Assembly: GCF_964355755.1 (NCBI RefSeq) | Contig: NC_092677.1 | Span: forward strand, 22,369,175-22,433,174 | DNA from: Antedon mediterranea | Lineage: Eukaryota > Animalia > Echinodermata | Direction: 5' to 3' | DNA length: 64,000 nucleotides | Part shown: piece after piece, positions 1 through 10,254 of the stretch | How positions within the stretch are numbered: position 1 is the stretch's first letter | Layout of the letters: each line of letters begins with the position of its first letter | Position numbers and translations under genes: made by a program | Notes under the pieces: generated by a model | The model's database searches: none | Seen by the model: only the letters and a program-made list of their open reading frames with translations | What the model was told of the DNA's origin: nothing

Positions 1-824
1 GCCAATGGGGTGCCAACGTGTGTGACGTCATCGTATGAGGACTTTGGATTTTTTTCATATCGCGAAAACAGTGATCAATCGCATTGTCTTTATGCTTCAT
101 TTATCGCTATTATCGCCGTCGTGTACGACAAAAACTAAATGTAGCCTACATCTGTTATTATTATTGAAAAGCCAAAACATGTTGATTTTAATTTTAGAAT
201 ACAGAAAACCGCTTCAAAAGAGGCCTAGGCCTACTTACTACGTACTATAACCTCATTATGAGTTCGTTTTTGTAGGGAAAGCGATGCCAGGCTGGGGCCA
301 GCTGCATGTGTGCGCTGATTTCTGTGACTCAGCCCTGGGGCTACTGTCTAAAAATCATAGTATTTGAGGGCCCCTTTATTGTCCGCATTTGCTTGTTGTT
401 TATGGTCACCATTGTAAACAAAGTTTAATAAAAAATATAGGCCTAAAGGCCATTTGGAATAAAAATAGTAAACAGAAGTTAGAATACGGTACCGTATCTT
501 TAGCCACAGCGTAAATATATACTAAAAACCGTGATATATAAACTTTTGAATATATAGGCCTACATCGTTATCCCTAATAATAGAAACTATTAGGCCTAAA
601 TAGAAACGAGAACCGGCGAAAGTTAGCATTTGGCGTTTCATAGAAAATAACGTTTTTCTGACGGTGGCTCAACTTGGCCTAATCCGTGACTCTGTGAAAA
701 AAGAAATATCGAAAATAACAGTGTGGTCCGAAACTGCAGTAGCGCCGCCTAGCCTAGCTAGCTAGGCCTAGGCCTAGTAATAATAGTAAGACCAGCTGAA
801 ACTGAGTGAGGTTGGATCACTTAC

Positions 825-946
825 TTTACACCTTCTTCCAACCCAACGTCATACTTAGGATTATAACATGGTTTCTTCTTATCATTAAAGTACAAGCCAA
901 ACACTGTTGTTGTTAAACAGAGAAATATAATAGTTAATTTTAGCAT
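825..946 (-). CDS. CTSZ: Cathepsin Z (cathepsin X)-like gene, first coding exon (signal peptide plus short propeptide); remaining exons lie left of the window
   Basis: Translates to MLKLTIIFLCLTTTVFGLYFNDKKKPCYNPKYDVGLEEGV+AA, followed by a GTAAGT donor at 824-819 (phase 2). Hydrophobic signal peptide then GLYF.....CY.P matches the cathepsin Z N-terminus as I recall it (human GLYFRRGQTCYRP). ATG context acaATG. Confidence 0.8.
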
Positions 947-1012
947 TGTAAAATAACAACGATACGACGACAGTTCACTAGACTTTTCGGTGGTGCAAAG
1001 AAGATGGAATAA

Positions 1013-1084
1013 AGGAAGTAAATTAGTAAAAACAAGTTAAATTAAATCATGTGACACAGTCACCTGACCAACACACCAGCTGAC
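1013..1084. promoter_or_regulatory. Putative proximal promoter of the cathepsin Z-like gene with MiT/TFE (CLEAR/M-box)-like and ETS-like motifs
   Basis: AGGAAGT 1013-1019, TCATGTGAC 1047-1055, GTCACCTGAC 1059-1068 (one mismatch to the CLEAR consensus GTCACGTGAC) and CAGCTGAC near 1077, all 70-140 bp upstream of the ATG of a lysosomal protease gene. Confidence 0.5.
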
Positions 1085-1114
1085 ATCATAGCCAGGAAAA
1101 GTGATGACTCATAG

Positions 1115-1135
1115 CAAAGAATATATCATTCTTTG
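1115..1135. mobile_element. Probable P-element-like excision footprint (21 bp of terminal sequence between 7-bp TSDs)
   Basis: ctcatag-CAAAGAATATAT-c-ATTCTTTG-ctcatag. The retained ends match the termini of the element at 19227-24408, which also has a 7-bp TSD. Confidence 0.75.
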
Positions 1136-1380
1136 CTCATAGTGAGGTATTTATTATATTCAGAGCGTCATTCTGACGGAGCGCCATTTATGTTTGTTTG
1201 TTTGTTTGTTTCTTTATTTCCATTCACAAAAACATAAACATATAAATAATCATTACAAAACAAAAGAATGGAAAGGGGGAATCTCTGAAACCTTGTTACA
1301 AAACAGTATATAATTTAAATTAGAAATATGAAAAAAGGCACAAGGGCATGCAAACAAAATGTAAGAATGCAAACAATCTT

Positions 1381-1590
1381 TTTACTTGGGGTACCCGAGT
1401 CTAGGACTCGCTCATCTTCTCCTCCTCCTCTTCTTCTTCCATCTGGACACTATTGAACCAACTTGAAAGTCCTACTAGTTCTACGCGTCGTCTGACGGCC
1501 CTGAAACATGGCATGCATATACAGGGACGTATAGGTGAACAAAGCTCAAGAGAGAACATTTTTGTACAATAGGCCTACTTCAACCGGATG
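1381..1590 (-). mobile_element. Partial Helentron-type non-autonomous (HINE/DINE-1-like) element
   Basis: Reverse complement of the 3' end of the repeats at 3628-5033: GGA/GAA microsatellite, ctagactcgggtaccccaagta hairpin and A-tail. Confidence 0.55.
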
Positions 1591-2168
1591 AAAATTATAA
1601 GTGCAATTCTGGGCTCTATTTTCATTGAGCTCTGCCCCAGACATGGTGGGCTAGTAGGCCTACTGCTGGAGACTTAATATTTAATTTCATATTTAATTTC
1701 ATATTTCAATGAATAGGTGCACTTTCCGGGGGGACAAGCTCTATTGTCCTGGTAATTGTCCTGGTGAGTCTTATTCATTCATTCAATCTTTTATTTCGGA
1801 AACTCTGGTCCATAGAAAGTAAATTACATAGGCCTATAGGCCTAAATGAAATAGATAAAATAAACAAAATTACTAATACTCATCTCAGGATGGCATTCCA
1901 TCTGGAGAGCATCTTCGACTTAACTAAGACATTGCTTATAATCGTCACGATTAAAATATTTTTGCTTGCATTAAGTCTACACATCAGGCCATATAGGCCT
2001 ATTGATATTCTTAACAATTCATAAAAAGAGGGAATTCTACATTCCGTAATATATAGGCCTAGTTTGTTTCATATAATTTCAAATCATGTAAAGTACCATT
2101 TTTCAGGCGGGAGTCTATGCAGCTCTATTTTGTTAAATTCTAAACAGTTTGGTATGCCGTCGTGGTTG

Positions 2169-3275
2169 GGGTGTCACGAAACCTCAGACCACGAAAGCTC
2201 AGACCCCCTAAGACCTAAGATCACGAAAGCTAAGACCCAACACCTAAGAATTACAAATACTAAGATATACTACAGCTTAAAAACAATACTTGTTTATCCA
2301 TACATAATTTTAAACACAGTAGGTTTCATTTATTACCATAAATATAATTTAATACTACCGCAAAACATAGATAAACTCACATTATTTTCGCCCGTTGAGT
2401 AAATGTATATTTTTTCTTTACAACAAACAAACTTGACGGGTTGTTTGTTGGTATATATTTACTCCATTGTGTTGGTTCAGAGGATGTTTTTCTTACGCAC
2501 CTGCCTTTCTTGTATTTTGACTCCAAATTTGTTGACTAACTTTATCCTGAACACCACACTTTAAAATTAGGACTTATAAGTAGGCCTACTTTCAGAAGGA
2601 GAAACACATAATAACAAATAAATAAATCCTTTAAATTGATGATTTTACAGATGTGTTTCTTTGTACTGTATACTGATTACTGTAATGACAATGACGTAAC
2701 TCCTCGAGCTCCCCATGCTCAATGTTTTTGTTTCTATGGAGCGCCAAAAGAGCAACAATAATAGTACAAGTATAAAAACAGAAAGAAAACGAAACAAAAA
2801 AACTTATCATGATTTTTAAATTAAAATTTATTTGCCAGTATTTATTTCTTCGTACTTGCATGATTATACTATTATCATTACAATTTTAATTTTACATTGT
2901 TCCATCCACACTGTAGATGGACTCCACAGAGTTTTCAGCCCTCTATATAATTTTTGCTCTTTTGACGTTCCATAGAAACAAAAACATTGAACATGGCCCA
3001 TGGGGTAGGCCTACTGTACTGTAGGCTAGTCATTTTGTGTGCGAGAAAACGTCTGTAAAATCATCAATTTAAAAATGTATTTGTTACTTTTTATGTGATT
3101 CTTTTTCATGAAAGTGCCAATTCTAAGGTGTGGTATTCAGAATAAATGTTGGGAGTTAAAATACAAGGCAGGTGCGAAAGATAAATATTTGTAATCTTAG
3201 GTGTTGGGTCTTAGCTTTCGTGATCTTAGGTCTTAGGGGGTCTGAGCTTTCGTGGTCTGAGCTTTCGTGACACCC
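2169..3275. mobile_element. MULE/Mutator-like MITE copy 1, 10-bp TSD
   Basis: About 85-bp TIRs starting GGGTGTCACGAAA, built from acgaaagct.agacc repeats. TSD gtcgtggttg at 2159-2168 and 3276-3285. An empty site is present in the duplicated flank near 6371-6390. Confidence 0.85.
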
Positions 3276-4039
3276 GTCGTGGTTGTTATGCAAATGAGTT
3301 TGTGCACGTGTATTATGGGGAAGATAATATGTTAGTCATTCGAAGTCAACACACCACACTGTCAAACTTTGATGCTGCATGCAGCATGTTTTTAATCTTT
3401 ACATTAGAAGATTGTTCAAATCATGTAAATAAAACATTTTCCGGGCGGGAACCCAGCAGCTCTCGAAACTGAGAACTCACCCATGAGTAGGCCTACTAAA
3501 AATGAAGGAGCACATTGGTTTCTTTTTTAGGCTTTATGGCAGTCTATTTAATGAAAAATAATGCCATGCAACTTTGTTTCTGATTTTAAAAAAGGTCCAC
3601 TTGTTTAGGCCTGACATTTACAACCTTAACAAGCACGAATGTGCGATACTCGGGGTACAGAAAAAGAAGCTGTAATGAGGTCATAAGACCGGATGTAACG
3701 TCACATACACATCAATAACCTCGCTACCAAATTCGGCTATACGGTACCATCTTCGAGACGTAAAATAGCTGCATCCGTTTTGAAATTTTAAAATCCGTCT
3801 CTATAGCTTTGAGGACATGCCCCTGTAATATATATTCATGCCAAATTCCAGCTCAATACTACAACGAATGGGAGGAGTAGTACTTTATAAATCGCACTTT
3901 TTACTCAATAGTGTCCGGATGGAAGAAGAAGAGAAAAAGATGAGAGAGCCCTAGACTCAGGTACCCCGAGTAATAAAACGAGATATACTCATATCATATT
4001 ACGTATACAGTATATTTTACCATAAAGTTTAAGAAAAAT

Positions 4040-4112
4040 AGGTTTCCCCAGGGCTCATACCAGGAACCTTCTGCGTGTTAAACAGGCCTGATAACCACCA
4101 CACTACGAAACC
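4040..4112 (-). pseudogene. tRNA-Val(AAC) pseudogene
   Basis: Minus strand GGTTTCGTAGTGTGGTGGTTATCAGGCCTGTTTAACACGCAGAAGGTTCCTGGTATGAGCCCTGGGGAAACC; tRNA-Val-like but with a broken B box and mismatched stems. Confidence 0.75.
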
Positions 4113-4292
4113 TCTTGTGGCGTGGGTTACACAAAGTTCCATTTAAATTACAAATAAATATGGTAATAAGCACAAAGCAAAATAAACATGTGTAAAAGTT
4201 ATAATTACCGATTACACAAAATAAGTATGTAAAAAAATAATAAAAATAAGATATACTGTGTATATCATATTGCGTATACAGTACTTTTCAAA

Positions 4293-4365
4293 AGGTTTCA
4301 CCCGGGCTCGAACCGGGTACCTTCTGCGTGTTAAGCAAACGTGATAACCACTACGCCAAGATTCC
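4293..4365 (-). pseudogene. tRNA-Val(AAC) pseudogene, second tandem unit
   Basis: Intact B box (GGTTCGAGCC) and TTAACAC anticodon loop, degraded acceptor stem. Preceded by the same spacer (agatatact...atatcatatt.cgtatacagta) as the first copy. Confidence 0.7.
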
Positions 4366-5093
4366 GCATATAACTACATGATGCTGTGGTGTGTGTCACA
4401 CATTGTGGGTTCTTAATTAAACAAATTAATTAACAAACAAAAAAGCACGATTGTGCGATACTCGGGGTACAGCAATGAAGCTGTAATGACGTCATAAGAC
4501 GGGATGTGACGTCACAAACTATATGGTACCATCTTCGAGACGTCATATTGCTAGCTGCATCCGGGTTGAAAATAAAAAATCCGGCTCTATAGCTTTGAGG
4601 ACATGTGCCTGTAGTATATTCATGCCAAATCCCAGATCAATACTACAACGAATAAGGGAGGAGTAGTACTTTAAAAATCGCACTTTTTACTCAATAGTGT
4701 CGAGATGGAGGAAGAAGAGGAGGAGGAGGAGAAAATCAGTCCTAGACTCGGGTACCCCGAGTAAAAAGCACGAATGTGCGATACTCTTGGTACTGCAAAT
4801 GAAGCTGTAATGACGTCATAAGACGGGATGTGACGTCACATACACATCAATAACCTACCAAATACGGCTATATGGTACCGTCTTCGAGACGTCATATTGC
4901 TGCATCCGATTTGAAAATAAAAAATCCGGAGTAGTACTTTAAAAATCGCACTTTTTACTCAATAGTGTCCAGATGGAGGAAGAAGAGGAGGAGAAAATGA
5001 GTAAGTCCTAGACTCGGGTACCCCGAGTAAAAATATCTCACTTTCAAAAACAATATTTATTTTCAATAAAAAAAAAAACAAAAGAAAAAAATA

Positions 5094-5160
5094 TTCCTAG
5101 AGGTTCGAACCCACTACTGAGAGCACTCAAACCTGAGTATTACCCGTTACGCTATAAAGT
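5094..5160 (-). other. tRNA-derived (SINE-head-like) sequence with A and B boxes
   Basis: Minus strand has TAGCGTAACGG (A box) and GGTTCGAACC (B box) followed by T-runs; no complete cloverleaf. Confidence 0.45.
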
Positions 5161-5252
5161 AGTACACGACGAAACAGTTGATAATAGTTATACGTGTATT
5201 ACATAATTCACCAGTACGTCATAATATCATAAAACGTTGTTAAAACCAAAAT

Positions 5253-5325
5253 GACCAGTTAGCTCAGGCGACTGAGCGTCGTGTTGACAACACGTATGTC
5301 GTGGGTTCGATTCCCACGCTGGTCG
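5253..5325 (+). tRNA. tRNA-like cloverleaf, tRNA-Ile-like body with GAC (Val) anticodon; may be a pseudo-tRNA, SINE head or ncRNA head
   Basis: Acceptor GACCAGT/GCTGGTC, D stem GCTC/GAGC, anticodon stem 4 of 5 paired with loop TT-GAC-AA (GAC at 5286-5288), T arm GTGGG-TTCGATT-CCCAC; 73 nt. The D loop lacks the invariant GG at the usual position. Confidence 0.45.
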
Positions 5326-6138
5326 GTGGAATAGAGTTAAAGGTATGCGACCAACTGTGTTTGGGGTTCACAGAATTTACGTCCCCCTTTCCACCACACA
5401 TTTCGAGAAGGCACTAGCAATGCATCTGGTGATGATGTGGTGGAAACGACCCCAAGGCTGTGGCAGGGCGTTAGTGCTGAGGCAGGGAGAGCACATTTTT
5501 TACTCTTTTTTTTTTGGCTTTCGATACATGTATCTGATCTCGTAAATTTTGTGTTTCGCGCCCTCAATTATAATGTAAAAAAGAAATTAATTACCTTCGT
5601 TACGTGTTTAGAAGGGAATGTATGTCTCACCGTAGTTTGGTATTCCGTTCGTTGTTATGCAAATGAGTTTGTGCAGGTGTAGTGGGAAAGATGGTATTGT
5701 TAGTAATTGAACTGTTGAATTTTGATTTTGTTAATAAATGTTGCTACATTGGTAGCGAAATGTCCGATTAATGCAACATATTGTATTAAAATATAATATG
5801 AATAAACGTTTATGGATGGTAGTTGGTGTGTATGGCCGCACCGTCCCAGAATAAACATATTTTAAACAGATAGTTTGTCTCCGATGATTTTTGTATGGAG
5901 TTAATGGAGAGTGAAATATGATCAAATATAGAACATTTGCAAAGATGCCGATTTCCAGACCGATTTCGAAGCTTAGACTAATTCCGCCGCCGGGCTAGGC
6001 CTTAAGCATATAGGAAGTCGAGTTTTTTAAAGTAGAAAACTCCACCTAAACTTTTGAAGTCGCATCTGGATAGTTGACTTTTTAAAAAATATCATAAATG
6101 TCATAGGTGATTATATATGGTACGGTAATAAGTACAAG

Positions 6139-6497
6139 TATAAGTGCAATTCTGGGCTCTATTTTCATTATTAGCTCTGCCCCAAACATTGTGGGCTAGT
6201 AGGCCTACTGGAGACTTAATATTTAATTTCATATTTCAATGAATCGGGGACAAGCTCTATTGTCCTTGTGAGTCTTATATAGTTTGTTACATATAATTTT
6301 AAATCATGTAAAGTGCCATTTTTCGGGCGGGAATCTATGCAGCTCTATTTTTTATTCTAAACAGTTTGGTATGCCATCGTGGTTGTTATGCAAATTAGTT
6401 TGTGCACGTGTATTATGGGGAAGATAATTATGTTATTCGCGGTCAACACGCCACACTGTTAAGTTTTGATGCTGTTAATCTTTACATTAGAAGATTG
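6139..6497 (+). repeat. Local duplication of 1597-1775 plus 2060-2168 and 3276-3414, without the MULE insertion
   Basis: Colinear high-identity blocks (taagtgcaattctgggctctattttcatt ... atctttacattagaagattg). Confidence 0.85.
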
Positions 6498-6938
6498 AGT
6501 ATCAGTATCATAACGGTTTTGACGCATAGTTCATTGTTTATACAAGTGGGGAATCCCCTTTTAGGACGCTATTTGTCTGTAGTTTGCAAAGGAGTGTGTA
6601 ACTTGACTGAAAAACTGCGAACTTTTGATGTACCGGCGGTTGGAACCATGAACATTATAATATTAGAAAGAACAATATAAACAGGTCCATCCCAAATTAA
6701 ACTCATAGAGATGTTGTTCAGGCCCTAGCCAGGGGAAATCTTTATGGTTCGGGAGAACCTCTTAGACGTTAGACTTAAACGCAAATGTGTTTACCGGCGG
6801 AAAAAGTAGCTGGCTGCGATCGTTTTGCCAATTGCAAGCGCGCTATTATTTTGAGTGTAATTTCTGGCCAAAGAGGTGCCATTTATCATAATAGTAATAG
6901 TAAGACCAGCTGAAACTGAGTGAGGTTGGATCACTTAC

Positions 6939-7061
6939 TTTTACACCTTCTTCCAACCCAACGTCATACTTAGGATTATAACATGGTTTCTTCTTATCAT
7001 TAAAGTACAAGCCAAACACTGTTGTTGTTAAACAGAGAAATATAATAGTTAATTTTAGCAT
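6939..7061 (-). pseudogene. CTSZ: Duplicate of the cathepsin Z-like exon 1 with a 1-nt insertion before the donor (phase 0 instead of 2)
   Basis: 6892-7142 is a near-identical copy of 775-1042. TTTT instead of TTT next to the donor; the copy stops before the CLEAR-like motifs. Confidence 0.65.
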
Positions 7062-8006
7062 TGTAAAATAACGACGACAGTTCACTAGACTTTTCGGTGG
7101 TGCAAAGAAGATGGAATAAAGGAAGTAAAAACAAGTTGAATTTTGAAATTATGAGGAATCAGATATACAGTAATTCGGTAAATACTGGCCAATGTAGTAC
7201 AGTAGTATAACACTCCCGTAATATTTTTCGTATGCTGCGCATAGTATGCAAAGGATGGCCATCGGCGGCAGTTTTCAGCCGGTCCTCCAATACGGACAAT
7301 GCAGTTATTTTTTAGGCCTAGGTTGTGTGATGTCTAGCATTAATTTGTTTGTTTTAAGGTTGTTAGAGTTTTTTTTAAATATATTTATCCGCTTCATCAT
7401 GTGGAGATCTAAGACGGGATAAACCGCATGCAAGAAACAGGTTAGATTCACAGAATATTCTATTCTCGAATTTAATATCAAAACAATCAATTTGTTTAAA
7501 GGTTTTTGCTTTAACGAAATTATAAAGTTACTGCAAACATGATTTTAAACAACAAAATGTAAAAACAATGCATTTTACGATGTACAAACTAAACGCGCAC
7601 GCGTAGAGTGTGCATGAAGCGCAAAGAGCACCAGAAGGAGAGTACTCACATAGTGACTTTTCTACAATCCGCCAGACTGGTGTTTCTTGTGTTTGTATTT
7701 TTGATTGTATTATATGTTTTATATGTCTTCTGGAAAATAAATGAATTGAATTGAATTGAATATATTGAAAGAGTTCCGAAATTCAATAGATTATATAATA
7801 ATAATAATTTATTGAAACTACACCTTTACAACGGTGGCACCCGTTCATACACGGTGCGTTCTATATAGCCTACAGATAGACATTCAACAGATACAAATTA
7901 ATAAATACAAACAGATACAAAATAAAACTAGTCAACCGCCGACTCGATCGCTATCGTAGTCGTACGTCACTTATGCAATATACAATGAGTTAAAAATAAA
8001 AAAATA

Positions 8007-9224
8007 TTGTACCAAAATTTAAAAATATTAATATTAAAAACTCAAAACTGTAACTGGATTAGATCAGGGTTTTTAAAAATATATGATGTAATAAATAATA
8101 ATGTGTTTAAACCTGCGATAGAGATAAAAAGAAGGTTAAGATGTACACAAAATTGGATCAGTGAATATTCATGTATATTGAAAGCCATTCCAAAAGAATG
8201 GAAATGTATTTTAAAATCAGCACATGACATTAATGTAAATGATATACCTATTACAAACAATAAGGTCTTAAATATGACGTCTAGTCAATTATATAGATTC
8301 ATAATAGATGCTCAATATATTACACCTACGGCACAGGTTAAGTGGGAATCCATATTTGGTAATATGCCATGGACAAAAATATGGGTAAAGAAAGTTTCTG
8401 GTCTTAAAGAAAAAAAACTGGCACATTTTAATTTTAAATTGTTGCACAGAATATTGCCAACAAATGAAAGATTACATAGGTGGAGACTTGTAAATTCCCC
8501 ATGTTGTGACACATGCAATGTTATTGAGAATGATAAACATATGTTAGTAGAGTGCATAACAGTAAAATGTTTATGGAGAGAGATAAACGAAATAATTAGA
8601 GCAGTAAGCATACATATTCCTGTTTTTTCTTTCAAAAGACTTTTATTTGAAACTGACAATAATTACGTAAATAAATTATACACTTTAGGAGCATTTTGTA
8701 TTTATAAAGTAAAGATATTAAGTTTATTGGAAAAAGAAAAAAAAATCAATCTTCTACAAATGTTTAAATCTGAAAAAAAGATAAGAAATATGTAAAGCTG
8801 CAGGTATACTGTATATGCTCAACCATATTAAGGAAAAAAATATGTCAATGAGATACCATGAATGATGAATCTATTATGTTTTTTTGTTTTTGTTTTTTTT
8901 CTTACTACTATATTGTATGTTTTGTAAATATGTATACCTTGATGGTGAAAAGTTTTTTTATAGATTGATGATAAAAAAAAATGATGAAGGATAAGAAGGT
9001 TTAGGTTTAAGTGGTGAAGTGTTTTCATCAAAGCTTTCATATTATAGGTATATATATGTAATTTGCACATTCTTACTGCATGTGAAATTTTTAAATGATA
9101 AAATGGTTAAAAAGAAAAAAAAATGTCAAATTATTTTTAATGGATCATTAAACATAAATGTTGTTAAATGATAATGTATGTATAAAAAAATAATAGAATA
9201 AATAATAAGTAAAAAAAAAAAAAA
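8007..9224 (+). mobile_element. 5'-truncated L1/Tx1-clade LINE (ORF2 C-terminus with zf-RVT, 3' UTR, poly-A)
   Basis: ORF 8007-8795 contains FNFKLLHRILPTNERLHRW...CDTC...HMLVEC..VKCLW. AATAAA near 9197 and an A-run at about 9211-9224. Confidence 0.8.
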
Positions 9225-9249
9225 TTGAATGAAACTTTGATGGGTTATA

Positions 9250-9870
9250 CTGTAGATGCAAAAAAGGATAATCTGTTGGAAATAAATTTTGTAAACATTT
9301 AAAGATCAAAAAAAAAAATCAATGTTAAAGGATGAGGAAAATATAATGTTAACAGTAAAAAGTTAGTAAGTAATTAGTATAACAGAGAATATGCATTGTT
9401 TAAATGAAAATATGTTTGCATAGATAAATCCAAAGAAAAATAAAATGGGACAAACCCATGGGATGGATTTATTAAACATAAACATATTATAATTGTATGA
9501 AATAAATATGCATGTAGATGAAAAAAAAACAAAAACAACTATGTAAGAAAAAATAAGCCCTGTTAATGAAAATGTGTTATAGATAATATGTATAAAAAGA
9601 GGAAACTATGTAATCAATGTGGTTAAAATAAAATAAAATTTAAGAAGTTATAGATGCAAAAAAAGGATAATCTGCTGGAAATAAAAGTTTTGTAAACATT
9701 AAAGATGAGAACAATATTATGCTAACAGTAAACATTTAGTAAGTAATGAGTATAACAGAGAATTTGCATTGTTAAATGAAAATGTGGTAGATGAAAAAAT
9801 CAAAAACAACTATGTAAGAAAAAAAAATAAGCTTGTTAATGAAAATGTGTTACAGATAATATGTTTAAAA
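9250..9870 (+). repeat. AT-rich degenerate direct duplication (about 400-bp period)
   Basis: agatgcaaaaaaggataatctg.tggaaataaa near 9254 and 9651; aaaaacaactatgtaagaaaaa near 9531 and 9802. Confidence 0.6.
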
Positions 9871-10254
9871 AGATATATGTAAACAGATGTTTAAACAAAG
9901 ATTGTAAATATAATGATATGTATAGTGTATAGTGAAAAATATATGTAAAGAGAACAGTTGTATGGAAATAAAAGTGGGATGAACCCACATAAGATAAAAA
10001 AAAACAAAAAAAAAACTCAAAATAAAAAGATCTCTATACCGCAACAAAACAAAAACATTACATGCTATCTGCGAGTTGTATAAGATTGTTTCGTATTTTC
10101 CATGATCTTGTTATATTAGGTATACTTTACACAATTTGTCAAGACTCAATAGAACATTATTACTGAGGGGAAGTGTATCCGTCCCCAGAACATATAACAT
10201 TTAAAGAAGGCAGTAACGGCGTTCCATACTCTTGCACCACCATGTGCTGGCTGT

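Larger units (their letters stand above)
3628..5033 (+). mobile_element. Cluster of three Helentron-type non-autonomous units (3628-3973, 4441-4766, 4763-5033) interleaved with tRNA-Val pseudogenes
   Basis: Each unit starts aagcacga.tgtgcgatactc(ggggtac), carries a GGA/GAA microsatellite, and ends in the palindrome actcgggtaccccgagta plus As, complementary to the 5' subterminal repeat. No TSD; A-rich junctions. Confidence 0.65.

Noticed and set aside
5425-5447. Hammerhead ribozyme core (ctggtgatga ... gaaac)
   Set aside because: No CUGANGA motif and no stem II geometry; kept only as part of the structured RNA candidate.
6846-7085. 79-aa ORF as a standalone secreted peptide
   Set aside because: A GTAAGT donor follows the conserved part, and the downstream residues are read-through into intron-like sequence.
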